Origin: the human T2T-CHM13v2.0 reference genome, Homo sapiens
Length of the DNA stretch: 64,000 bases
Assembly: GCF_009914755.1 (NCBI RefSeq)
Contig: NC_060932.1
Reading direction: 5' to 3' (one strand)
Part shown: positions 37,726-51,416 of the stretch, piece by piece
Numbering within the stretch: position 1 is the first letter of the stretch
Layout: the number at the start of each line of letters is the position of its first letter
The notes under the pieces: generated by a model
What the model was told of the DNA's origin: nothing
Database searches by the model: none
The model's input: the letters and a program-made list of their open reading frames with translations, nothing else
Program-made: the position numbers and the translations under genes

Positions 37726-40700
37726 AATTTTTCACACAAAAAAACTAAAAGGTATTTTCTGTATCATCATTTTACAGTATCCCCAAAAATAAAGACATGA
37801 AGAATATAAACCAACTATGAATGATCATAAAATGTATTATCAGCTAAAGCAATTTTAAGAGTCTAAACCTAATCCCAAATCTCTTATTTTCACATCAATA
37901 TTTCCTAATAATCAAGCAGTAGATCTTATTATTAGTAGTTTATTATTGTGAGTAGCTTAATAAGTTTCAAGAATGGATTGATTACTGATGTGGATAAGGA
38001 CAACATATGCTACTATTTTAGCAACAATCATAATACGCAAAGTGGGAGCATATAATAGCCATTACCTAGCATCAGAAATATAATATCCCTTTGGTGAAGT
38101 ACTGCATGATTAGACTTGCTCAGAAACATTACATATTCCTATAATACCAATAAGCATTGGTGATAGGATACCAAATTAAAACAGCAACCGTTACCCCATG
38201 ACATTGGATAAAGAACAGATACTGTGTGTTCTTATATTAACTCATTTACTTAGAGCTAGACTATTTTTAAATAGATAAATAAGTAAATATCAGCTGCTGC
38301 AATAAATCTCATTCTCTGACCTCTCTTCTGAGTTACAGATACACTTTTCCAGCCCTTTCCTGGGCATTTCCACAGAATAAATGGCAACTGTCAAATTCAA
38401 AACATATCAAATTACATACCACAGTTTTCCAACAAAATAGTCCCCGTTTCTGACAATCCTTAGGAGCTCTGCCATCCTTTCAGTTACCAAGACTCAAATC
38501 TTAGAGGAACCAAAAGCTCCTCTTTTCCCTGATCTCCAAACAATCAAAGCTCGGTAAGCTCTCCACATTCTTCTTTCCCCACACTGGTTCTAACACCCGT
38601 TCTTTTTCCTTTTGTCAAGGCCATCATCCCATTTCACGTCATCTGAATGTCAGATCTGATTTTTAGCCATGATTTCCTAAAGGGCATCACTTCTTATGAC
38701 CAAAGTAATTGGTTACATTTCACTTCATTAGAAGGAAAAGTTTGTAAGGGAAGTGATTTCCGCATATCTTTTCACTAATGTGTTATCCTAATACCTAAAA
38801 CTGCCTAGAGCATACACAGAAGACACTCAATAAATATTTAGTGAATAAAATAAATTTCATAACTGTGTAATGTTGAACAGTGATGCTCCACTGCTCTTGG
38901 TCAAATAACATATATACATCACACATCTGACCAACTCCATTCAAGAGCTTCCATTCTTTGTCCCCAACCTACCATTCTAAATTTATCTTAACTAATTTCT
39001 AGATCCTCCAAATCCAGCCAAAATAGACTATTATAAAACAGTTATATTTAATTTTATACATATATGGTATACATGTAATAATAGCTATATATATATTTAT
39101 ATGCCATTAAATTACTACAAAATGCTATGGAGAAAAACAAATTAGAGAAGGTGGACACAGGTTCCAAGTAGATTAAGGAAAGTTTAGGTTGGCCTCACAG
39201 ATTATCTGGCATTTGAACACAGATTCAAAGATGCTAAAGAAGTAAGCCATGTGGCTATCTGGGGGCAAGGTGGGAGGAGGAAATCCTCTAGACACAGGAC
39301 ATAGCAAAGGCAAAGTCCCCTAGGTGGGAGAAGGACGTCTCTGTCCTCTTTACATCCTCAACACCTGTCACTATGCCTAGAACCTTCTCATCTACTCTTT
39401 TGCCCATCTTATGTATAGCCCACTATATGCCAGGAACTAAAATTCTATTAAAAGTCAAGCCAAACTTTCAAATATAAAATTCCTAGAATTTAGCTTTGAG
39501 TTTAATTACATAAAAACCTCAACCACTCACGCATTCAGCGTGACCATATTTGACCTTGAAAACTTTCTCCCAATTCCCTTTCCCTCCCGACACTGCCATG
39601 TCATTTAACAACATACGGGTCTCCTGAGCCTCATGCTCAAAATCGCAGTTCATGCATAACACTATGTACATGCTCACTGAATATTATTCTGAAAAATAAC
39701 ATCGTATTTGGTCAGCCCAATTTCATACCTCCTATCTTTGTCCATACCCCAAATAAGAAGGTTAGAAGAGAAGGCCAAAGTCATCTGCCATTCTTTCAAA
39801 TCTTTGCCCAACTCCCTGCTGCCTGCCATAAAACTCAAAATTTATTCAATAATGCATTCAAAATGCTTCTGAAATTAGAGTAGAGCAATCAAGTATAATT
39901 TTTCCTACAAAGAAGGCTCAAATTTAAATGTGCTCAAGAAACAAAAGTCTAGTTGTCCCAAGGCTTTTTAGCTCCCTTCATATCAGTAATGCCAGTAGGA
40001 CAAATCCTAATAATCTAAAATAGAATTATGTAGTGCTTACACAATACTGGCTTTCACATCAATAAGTTAAGTCTCTATTAAAATTTAGATATGGGTAAAT
40101 GTAAAATATCCATGTAATTTGATGCATCTTCATTTGTGGGTTTCATACTCAATATTCCTTATCTTTATATTCTATTTTAAAAAATTTATAAAGATATAGA
40201 AAGTTATAAGAGCCCCCAGGTGCACTGATGGGATATGTACATCTACACTGAAAAACAGCATGAACAATAAGAAGGGTGTGACAGAAAGGGAGAGATTTCA
40301 GGACCATCAATTGACAACAGCAAGCTGTGGTGATTCCAAGGAGTGTAGATATCAAGAAAAAGTCCCCCAAAAAGACACCCCCAAAAGGGGAGGTTCTGCT
40401 GGTGTTGCCTCGGAAACTCAGGCAGAGGCATATAGTACCCTGTGAATATCAATACGTTAAGACCATCGGACTTTAAATGGGGATAGAAATTCCAAAGCTG
40501 AATCCTTTCCCTTGAGAATACAAAGCAATTCCAATTAGCAATAAGTAAATGCTAAAATCTACTAATCCTTAGTTTAATTCACTCTTCTGTTGTGGGGAGG
40601 GAGATCAGCACTGTTCTGAGTAGGACTCAAATTATACAAAGCATAGTATAGCTTCAAACATTTTAATCTCCTCACCCTACCTAGAGCTAAGGATATATTT

Positions 40701-40734
40701 ATAACTTTTCAAGGAACCGCAACCCCAACTACTA

Positions 40735-40975
40735 CAGGTTGAGCATCCCAAATCCAAAAATCTCTACTCCAAAATATTCCAGTGAGCATTTCTTTTGAGT
40801 ATCATGTTGGCACTAAAAAGTTTCAGATTTGGGAGCTTCTAGAGTTCAGATTTTCACATTTGGGATGCTGAACTAGTGAATATATGAATATATTACAAAT
40901 ATTCCAAACTGTGAAAAAATTCAAAATCCAAAATACTTCTGGTCCCAAGCATTCCAGATAGGGCTACTCAACCTA
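40735..40975. mobile_element. Tigger4/MER46-like MITE
   Basis: TA|CAGGTTGAGCATCCC...CTACTCAACCTA|TA inverted ends. Confidence 0.8.
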
Positions 40976-41022
40976 TATTGTTCTTTAACTAATTTGAAAC
41001 TGAATGGAATTAAAAGCAACAT

Positions 41023-41332
41023 GGCTCAGGGTGGTGGTTCACACCTGTAATCCCAGCACTTCGGGAGGCTGAGGCAGGCAGACCACTTGACGTCAGGAGT
41101 TCAAGACCAGCCTGGGCAACATGGAAAAACCCCGTCTCTACACCAAAATAAAAAAAAAAATTAGCCATGCATAGTGGCACGCACTTATAGTCCCAGCTAC
41201 TCAGGAGACTGAGGTGGGAGGATGGCTTGAGCCCAACAGGTGGAGGCTGCAGTGAGCCAAGATCACTTCACTGCACTCCAGTCTGAGTGACAGAGTAAGA
41301 CCCTATCTCAAAAAAATAAATAAAAATAAAAA
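41023..41332 (+). mobile_element. AluJ
   Basis: Dimer with GGAGGATGGCTTGAGCCC. Confidence 0.92.
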
Positions 41333-43983
41333 CAATATGGATAGTAGTGAAAGTGACACTATTGTTAAAATAGTTAAAATTCATCAGCTTCCTTCATAAT
41401 GGTACCTCACTTTCCAACTCCCTTTTTTTTCTATTAAGTGTACCACGATTATTCCAATAATTTCATTCCAATAATATTCCATTTCTCAAGTTTCATTTCT
41501 CAGCATCCTTTTGGCTTTTTCTGAACACTCCTCAAGCCGACTCCATTTATCCTCAACTGCATCTCTCACACCACCTCTTCTTTTGCCATCCACATCTTTT
41601 TTTCCCATTCACATTCCACCACCCTAGTCCACTCGCTGACATCATCTACCTGCTTAAAAGTGCTAGTAGTTCTCAGTTGCCTCATCAAGGTAGCATCTCA
41701 TTCTCAGGAAGGAGTTAGGCCCTCCTCAACTTGACTCCAGGACCCTCTGGGGTTACCTCTCGTGCCCCTTCCCACACAGCATGAGGAGACCAGCATTTCT
41801 GCCCTGCCTCATGCTACTTTCCCATCCTGAAATGGTCTCCCCAGCCTTGTTTACCCAGCGAACTCCTACTCAGTCATCAAGGCCCAGCTCCAACAGCCAT
41901 TCCCTTCTAGAGTATTCTCTGAGCCCAGTAAAAATCAGTTACTCTCTGATCTGTGTTCTTTATATCCCATTCCCTAGGGCTTTTTTCATATATAGTAGCC
42001 ACAGTAGCTTTTGAATAGGCCTGCCACACCATGGGAATGTGAACTGTGGCCTAGATTATCTCTCACGGTCATACCCTCAGCACCAGCCACAGTGGCAAAC
42101 ACACAGCAGTGGCTTCCTGAGTGTGTTTTGAACTGATTTACATTGTCACTTAACCCTTTAATCGTTATCTTTTCACATGTTTCTGTCTTACTTCCACCTC
42201 TTTAAACCAGACTGTAGAATCATTAAACACAAATGTTGTTTTTTTACATTCTATATTTATCACAGGGTTTGGCTTTAAACATAGACACTTAAAACTTGTT
42301 TGCTGAATGGTATATGCCACTCTACCATCTCCCTCCCTAACAGACTCAAAACTCAGTAAACAGCCTGTGGAAGAGAAAGAGCAACCACAGAACATCCCAT
42401 TGCAGCTCAGCTGAGGAGAAGGTGACAGACCATGGCCAACGGTACAGCCTTGATTCCACTATGACCCACACCACTGCCTGTATGTAGACCCCTTTAATAT
42501 AGTCAGTCTCTAGATCAGTTAGAATAGAAAACAGCAAGATTGGGAACACAGTTAAACAAACCACGTCAGCGCTGGTAAGTTAATTAGGAACAATGCCCAC
42601 TGATAAAAATCTGTAATATTTGTTCTCCGCAACAAGTTGGATAAGTGATATTTGTTTTTAAAAATCACTGCAAAATATTTCCAGTGCTGTACAACACAAA
42701 TTTGAAAGAGGATTAGTGAGTTAAGCCCTGGACCAGGGTCACAGTCTTTGAAAAGTGAATCATCCATAAACCACCCTTAGTTATATCCATGGTTCAAATG
42801 GTGATCAGCTCAGGCCAAGATGGTAAATTGCACAAAAACCCACCCAAGTAAATTAGAAAAGAAAAAACAAATAAGCAAGCCCTGGATGATTCAAAATCCC
42901 TGTTTACCAAACCCTACTGCTAAATTATTTTAGAAAGTAGAAAACTATGTTACTCTTAGATAACAATGGAGCAAACAAAAAGGGATGTACAAAATCCCAG
43001 ACGGCTAAAATGAACAAACCTGTAGTGAAAGGAAACAACGTTTCCTTTACTGATTCCCAGAGCTTTGTCCTCTTGCTAGCGTCCAGTGCCAGTGAGCTTT
43101 AAAGGGTAAGTGGGGAATTTGAGGGAGTCATCAATCTTACTAATGGGACCGCTGCTTCCCTATTCCTGGTTTCTGTAAGGAGGGGTTTTCCCTGAACAAA
43201 GCTGGCTTTCCTCTCTGCTCCTTCAACCAACTCCTCCTCCTGTATTCTGTTTCAACTGTTGTGAAATCTGAGCTACTCTTAGGGAGCAGACTCATAAATC
43301 CTACCTGGAACACCCCCAGCCCCCCACCGCCCTACCTTTCCCGCCCCCGCCTAATTCTGGACAGACACTCTTCTCTCGAATTAAGCTATGTCTCCAGTAT
43401 CGCTCTGGCCACAATAGAGGTGATGTTTTGTTCTCCATCTGATGACTCTAAGAGTACCTTCTTTCCTAATTTGTTCAGAACTCAGGCTAGGGAGAAGGGA
43501 TCTCTTTATTGGATCTCCTCTGAGAACTCACCAATTTATAGTTCCCAAGGAATATTCCTGGAAAATGCATTAACTCTGGAGCCAAATAAACTGGTTCCAC
43601 TGAATAAACTCTCATCCAGAGGTTTAAGTGATTCATTAAGCTGAGTTTAGAGAATTTACTTGCCTTTGGGTTCCCAAGTGAAGACATTAATTGATGAAAA
43701 AGGGTCTACCTTTCATTTGTCAGGTCTTAGAATAAATGTCTTCCTTCTGTACTTAATGCTTATATTTCAACAACTTAAACTCAGGTTCTTCTATTCATTT
43801 CAGGTTTCTTAAAGAACAAAACTATACTGCCCTATGGTACAACATTTACATCCAATATACCTAATACTGCTCTTAAAATGTTTTTAGAAAGCACTTCAAG
43901 TGAATATCAGCTTTTGTTTAACAACATTTTCCACCATTACATGAGAAACTCAGTGCAAGGTGCTTCCAACATTACGCTATTAA

Positions 43984-44286
<303 letters not shown>

Positions 44287-45036
44287 TAAACGATTAATTT
44301 TTATAGTCTCTTCCTGAGTTGTATAAGGGTAGGTAGAATTTTAATATCCTTATGTACTAATGAAGGAATTGAGGTTAAACAGTCAGAAAACAAATGTCAT
44401 TGTGAACTGCAAGCAAAATGCCACTCTCCCTGACTAAGAATTTACATTGCCAGAGTAGGCTGTTGCCTAGGGAACCATGTCAGAAAAAGGTCCAGCATCT
44501 CAGAGGACTCACGGTATGTTGTTCTAGGCTTCTGTCACGAATTTTTGGTGTGTAGAACCCTACAAAGCTAAAAGAGAAAATGTATTCAAGCACAGCAAAG
44601 CAGTAGCAAGGGCGCAAATATCTTACTAACATCCCTGTGCCATTTTAAGCTGTCAATCTTAAATACCAGAAAAAAACAAAAAAAAGCAAAACATATGGTT
44701 TTTACACAGGTTAAAAACTTACAGAGTTAAAATCTCCTATCATCATTTGACTCAATTAGAAGTTTTATCATAGTATTGCCCAATTATCTTTCTCAAGGCA
44801 ATATTTATTTTCCTTGCAAAATACAGTGATAAAACAAATTTTACTGTATATGCATGCATAATCATCATAATAAAAAGGTGTGTCAGGAAAAATGACCTGG
44901 AAATGTCATATTGATTAGACTTATAAAAATACAATATATTCGACTAAACAGGGAAGAAGTTTTAAAGAAAAAAGAAGACTTTACATTATTTTCTCCATTC
45001 ATACTCTCTGCATTTCTTATTTATAGTAACAAAACG

Positions 45037-45352
45037 TTTTTTGTTTTATTTGTTTATTTTTAATTTTTTTTTTGAGACACAGAGTCTTGCTCTGTCACCC
45101 AGGCTGGAGTGCAGTGGTGCAATCTCTGCTCACTGCAACCTCCACTTCCTAGGTTCAAGCGATATCGTGCCTTAGTCTCCGGTAGCTGGGACTACAGGGG
45201 CCTGCCACCATGCCCAGCTGATTTTTGTATTTTCAGTAGAGACAGGATTTTGCCATTTTGGCCAGGCTGCTCTCGAACTCCTAACCTCAGGTGATCTGCC
45301 TGCCTCAGCCTCCCAAAGTGCTGGGATTAAAAGCGTGAGCCACTGACGCCCA
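45037..45352 (-). mobile_element. AluS
   Basis: Full dimer with a degenerate tail. Confidence 0.92.
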
Positions 45353-46008
45353 ATCCAAAAAGCTTTTTGCATCCCCCTCAGGATGTTTTGACAAGATTTT
45401 TATCCTCACAATCCCAATCCCACCTTTGATGTTCCCCATCTCCTCCTAAAAACAGGAAACACAGCAGGGTTTACTCTTCGCTGAACTCTGAGCTAATGTC
45501 TAGCCCTTTTTCATAGATAAGTTTTATAGGCAGGTTGGAAGAGGTTTACTAGCTTGCCTGAGATTGCAGAGGTTAGATGTAAATCTAGGTTTTTTTCAAC
45601 TTTGGGCCCTAAATTCACCAACTACATCATTCAGACTTCCTCCCACACTGCCAGAGTCCTCAGGGAGGATGTCACAGGGGTCCCAGGTTCTCTAGCGTCT
45701 CTTCAGAACCTACACCTTTCTTAACTCTTCCCCATCAAGAAAATTTTCCTACCCTGTGTCTGATTCTCATTTTGTTGGGTTACTTAAGTTAGTCTAGCCT
45801 ACAGTGACCCGTGACTGGTTATATCTAGCACAATGTCTTTCACATAGTAGTTGATAAATATTTTGTGTGGTTGACAGTCATTCACATCTCAAACAATGTA
45901 TTTGCATTCTAAGAAATGTCTTCAAAATCTTCCTCTAATTAGCTTCTGATGACCTGAATCTGCATACTGCACAGGCAGGTTAGGTGAGTGAGGTCTTTTC
46001 AATGTTAC

Positions 46009-46531
46009 AGTAACACAGTTTTGCTTTCCGTGGTTTCAGTTAACTCTGGTCCAAAAATATTAAATGGAAAATTGCAGTAATAAACAGTTCATATGTTTTA
46101 AATTCTGAGTAGTGTGATGAAATCGCACGCCATGCTGCTACATCTCGCCCAGAGCATGAATCCTTCCTCTCTCCAGCGTCTCCACACTGTACACGCTCCC
46201 TGCCCATCAGCCACTTAAGAGTCTTCTCAGAGATCAGATTCACTGTCATGGTACCACGGCAGTGCTCATGTTTAAGTAACCCTTATTTTACTAAATAACA
46301 GTCCTAAAGTGTAGAAGTAGTGATGTTGGCATATTGTTATAATTGTTCTGTTTTATTATTGGTTCTCGTTAATCTCTTACTGTGCCTAATACATAAATTA
46401 AACTTTATCACAGATACGTTTGTATAGGAAAAAACGAACTATTAATATATATAGGTTTGTTACTAGCTACAGTTTTAAGCACCTACTGGGAGTCTAGAAA
46501 TGTATCCTCCACAGTTAAGGGGGTACTACTG
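46009..46531. mobile_element. MER44/Tigger7-like DNA transposon
   Basis: TTTCCGTGGTTTCAGTTA...AAATATTAAATGGAAAATT...GGGGTACTACTG|TA. Confidence 0.8.
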
Positions 46532-46543
46532 TATCTTCTAAAG

Positions 46544-47023
46544 CAGCAGTGCCCAACCTTTTTGGCATCAGGGACCAGTTTCATGGAAGACAATTTTTCC
46601 ACAGACAGGGGGCAGGGGATGGTTTCAGGATGATTCAAGTGCATTACATTTATTGTGCACTTTATTTCTATTATTATTACATTGTAATATATAAGGAAAT
46701 AATTATACAACTCACCATAATGTAGAATCAGTGAGAGCCCTGAGCTTGTTTTCCTGCAACTGGATGGTCCCATCTAGGGGTGATGGGAGACAGTAACAGA
46801 TCATCAGGCATTAAATTCTCATCAGGAGTGTGCAACGTAGATCCCTCACATGCGCAGTTCACAATAGGGTTCACGCTCCTATGAAAATTTAATGCCACCG
46901 CTGATCCAACAGGAGGCGGACTCAGGAGGTAATGCTCACTGGCCCACCACTCACCTTGTGCTGTGCAGCCAGGTTCCTAACAGGCCAGGTACCAGTCCAT
47001 GGCCCAGGACTTCAGGACCCCTG
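46544..47023. mobile_element. MER1A with 8-bp TSD TTCTAAA(G/T)
   Basis: CCCAACCTTTTTGGCATCAGGGACCAGTTTCATGGAAGAC...GACCCCTG. Confidence 0.92.
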
Positions 47024-49780
47024 TTCTAAATACTCGCCCATTTAGAAAAAAAGTGAGTAGGAGAAAAATCACAAATTGCATTCGAACTCCCCCACTGCAT
47101 GAAAAACTCCCTGAGTTGTCTATTGTACTCATAGCTGTCTCCTTAGCACTTAGTCCAGGGCCTAAATATGAAATACTTTGGATGGATGGATGGGTGGACG
47201 GACAGACAAATAAAAGAATGAATACATGGATATGAGTTATTTAGATGGCCACCCAGTTATGGACTATATATTCAAATCAGAAGCTATTTATTATCTGAAA
47301 ATATATTGACAGAAAATGTATTTTACTGCAGAATTTAGATCTGTCAGAACCCAATTGAAAATATTTTCTACTGCAGTATCTATAACCTTACCCATACATT
47401 AATTACATATTATAGGAACTAATTTTCAGTTTTTCTACAAATCTGCCTTCTATCATAAAATCAGCTATAATATAAATGCTTTTTTGCAAATTTAGTTTGC
47501 CAAAACAACCTTTTGTATATCCTCAAACAATGGCAAAGAATGAACTACTAAAAGAAATACTAACAAATATAAAATCAAAGGTAGCTTCAAAGTGGCTTCT
47601 CAAAGGTCAAGTTGGCCTTATTCACTTCTGAGAGGGAATACAGCTAAAAGAACATTTCTGTTTGTTCAACATTGTAATTTATTTTCTACTCAGTAAACTG
47701 TGAGGTTTCTGCATGAAATGTAAAAATAAATATGCTGAATCAAAGCAGAAACCATGATTTTTATGAAGTAAAAATGCAAGTGTTCATTAGAATTCAGGAA
47801 ACATAAAATTTGTTTGCTTTTTTTTTTTTTTGCCAAGATGTGAGAGGGAGATTCTGCAATCATGACTTCTGGAGAGGCCACTGCACAAGGCTCTAACGCC
47901 TTCATCTGTTTATACACAGGCTCAATCTGCTAGCTCTATAGGAGATTCCAGGATACCAAATAATCATCATCATAATAATTATTACATTTAGAGACAAGTT
48001 GTTCCTTTTTTCTGGTCAAAATAATGAGACTTTCCAGAAGAGCTGAACATTCAAATTTCAAATCATTTCCTTTAGTGTCAGTCCTAACTCCTCTTAATAC
48101 AAACCTTTCTTTTTACTCCCAAAGCAACCTCAATCCAAAGTATTAACTAGAGCTGCAAATAAAATTTCAAACTAGAGTTGATTTTCCTGATAATAATTGT
48201 CTGTGGAAGGTGAAAAAAAGCACTGCCTAGAGCAGAAGTCAGTTCATGGGCCATTTCTGAGGTTGTGGCCCTGAGCTAACCTCCCTCCTCCCCAGACCGC
48301 AGTAAGCATCTCTGTAAAGTGGGCAGGAGTAGGCTATCTACTAAATCCACCACCCCTTCGACCCCATTCTTGGAGGTAGCAGGGATTCCAACTTTGCAAC
48401 ACACACCCCTCCTCTGCTGTCACAAAGCCACTCTAACTTCACAGCCTGTAAGGCAGGGGCAGGGTGCCACAGCCTCACTACCACCCTCCTGTGGAAGGTG
48501 AAAGCAGTCCCCTTCTGAATGTGGGGTGCTTACAGACATCAAAACTCCTTATATCATTAGGGGGTGCAAGGACAAAGCCCATTGTGTTGTCTCTCTGCAA
48601 CTAAACCATAAGCAAAAAGAGCACCATAGAGGATAATCCTTAAATGAAATATTTAATTAACCAGATGATACTCTTCTTCATCCAGGCCATACATATGGTT
48701 TCCTATAAATGATCCTGTGCAATTTGACCTTTTGAACTCTTAGATTTCTTCTTTGCTAGATAGGAGTTTGGACTAGATGATCTTGAAAGTTCCTTTTAAA
48801 TCTATATTTCTTTAGTGATATATCTTGTATCTAATCTTCAGAATGTTCACTCTCAAACTAAAGTCATCCCATTACATCTCCTTGGAAAATCAATGGAAAT
48901 CCCTTATTTTAGAAGAGGTTCAACAAACATGAAGTGCTATTTGAGATGTTCCTGAAAGTTAAATAACTTGAAAGGTTATAATTTCACTATTAACCAGGCA
49001 AACTCTTCCTGGGATCTCCTTAGAATAGTAAAATACATGAATAAAAATAAATCTTTCTGGGAGGTGAACATGCAAATGACTTGGGGAGCAGCAATCTTAA
49101 AGACCATTCACTTTTACTAAGAGAACACTAAATACTAGATGCTACCATGTGCCGCCTGGAAAGAGAAGAAGAAATGTGGGATATCTGGCGACCTGGCACA
49201 GGGGCCAAATATAGTTTAAGGATTAGCAATATATTACGAGATAAAGTCTTCAGAATATTTTTGTTGGCCTATTTTGCAACCAAGGCCTGGACTCTTCACA
49301 ATTAAAGCATCTTGCCCTGTACAATGAATTTTTTTTCTATTTACCTAATGCACCCAACTTTCCATCAACAGCTGGTATGTGGCACAATCATCACTAAGTC
49401 CTTTCAGAGTACACAGAGCAACAGATGCTCTTTAAATACAATATAAAGAAAGATAAGGGTCCAACATACAATATGGCTAGACCTCCTTCTTGGCAATTCA
49501 CTCTTCAATCATAGCTTTTAGGCCCAGAAGGCAAGAAAGTCAGGTTCCCCATACATGATCTCCTGCTAGTCTGTGGGCAGGATCAGTGCCTATCCCTGAC
49601 AAAATTATCATTCATCTGTAGTGATGCAAGAAAAATTTAAATAATATACATTTTTAAAAACCTAAATCTATCCAATTTATGAGTCCATGCCTTATTTTGA
49701 GATCACATCCTTCCTACATTTGGCTATTAAAGATCCTCTCTTTATAAAATGATGAAGACAGCAGAGAGTAATGTTCTTAA

Positions 49781-50086
<306 letters not shown>

Positions 50087-50649
50087 CCACTTTTTTGTAA
50101 ATTGCACTGATCCAGAAAAATCTAAATGCCTGAGAAGCTCTCTTCCCTGGAATTATGAGAGTAGCTATTCGTGTATAAAAATTCATCCTAATTTACCAAA
50201 AATTACACAGTCCACAGAGTTAGGCTACTTTGAAGCAGCAAAGATGGCAGTGTCCACAAATGACACACATAGAATATACAGCCTGAATGCAGAATGTGAA
50301 CCTGTGAGCCTAAATACCCAAGAGCCTTAAATCTGAAGTTAATGTGAAGGGAATAAACAGTTCCAGTGGAATGGTGAATGCATAGAGTGTACTAGTGTGT
50401 TAGCAAAATGGCAAAAAAAAAAAAAAAAAAAATCATATAGCATTAAAGTTAGACTTCACAAGCTAAGACATCCAACAAAGTTCAAAGAAAATAAGGAGCT
50501 TTCCACAGCCACCAGAACAAACACACAAGAATTAATTTTAGTTGAACTCAAACTTGTCTTAAATCAATAATCTTCTACTCACATTAATGTCTTGACTGAA
50601 TATCACAATGCAAAACACCCACACATTATGGAAAAGGATTCCAGCTGGT

Positions 50650-50760
50650 GCTGGGTGCAGTGGCACACAAATATAGTCCCAGCTACTCAGGAAGCTGAGG
50701 CAGGAGGGTCCCTTGAGACCAGCTCAAATGTACTCTGGGCAACATAGTGAGACCCTTTCA
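50650..50760 (+). mobile_element. FLAM-like Alu monomer
   Basis: AGTCCCAGCTACTC...GGCAACATAGTGAGACCC. Confidence 0.75.
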
Positions 50761-51136
50761 GGTAACAGGAGGAAAAATGCAGCATGATTATATCGTTCTC
50801 TTGCTAAGGCACTGTCATTTAAGCATAAACCTGGAGTATTCACAATAGAATTCAGATTTACCAGATGAGAGCATGATAAGCAGTGTGTCAGATGGCTGTG
50901 GAAAGATGTGTGTTTCTGAAACCTACAGGTATCAAGAAGGAAAAACACAAATACATCTTGCTTAGTGTAGAGCAGCAGTTTAAACCATTTAAAGTCCCAA
51001 ATTGTGTTAAGTTTTGAAACCATGTCAGTGCTGACTACTGGGAGTATCAAAAATCTCTTTAGGGCTGTTGTTATATTTATAATTTCTAAAAGGTGAGGGA
51101 AGACAGCTCGATGGATTTCTATTAAAAGCTGCTCCT

Positions 51137-51416
51137 GGCCAGGCACGGTGGCTCACGCCTGTAATCCCAGCAATTTGGAAGGCTGAGACGGGCAGATCAC
51201 CTGAGGTCAGGAGTTCGAGACCAGCCTGGTCAACATGGTGAACTACAAAATTTAGCCTGGTGTGCTGGCATGCACCTATTATCCCAGCTACCATGGAGGC
51301 TGAGGCACATAATCACCTGAAACTGGGAGGCGGAAGCTGCAGAGAGCCGAGACTGTGCCACTGCACTCTAGCCTGGGCGACAGGGCAAGACTCCATCTTA
51401 AAAAAAAAAAAAAAAA
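51137..51416 (+). mobile_element. AluS with a small deletion at the end of the left arm
   Basis: AACATGGTGAA runs directly into CTACAAAATTTAGCC. Confidence 0.93.

Noticed and set aside
42077-42097. REST/NRSE-like CTCAGCACCAGCCACAGTGGC
   Set aside because: Lacks the critical GG of GGACAG and lies in an L2-like 3' end.
50724-51146. 140-aa minus-strand ORF
   Set aside because: Starts inside an Alu, has no recognisable domain and intron-like composition.
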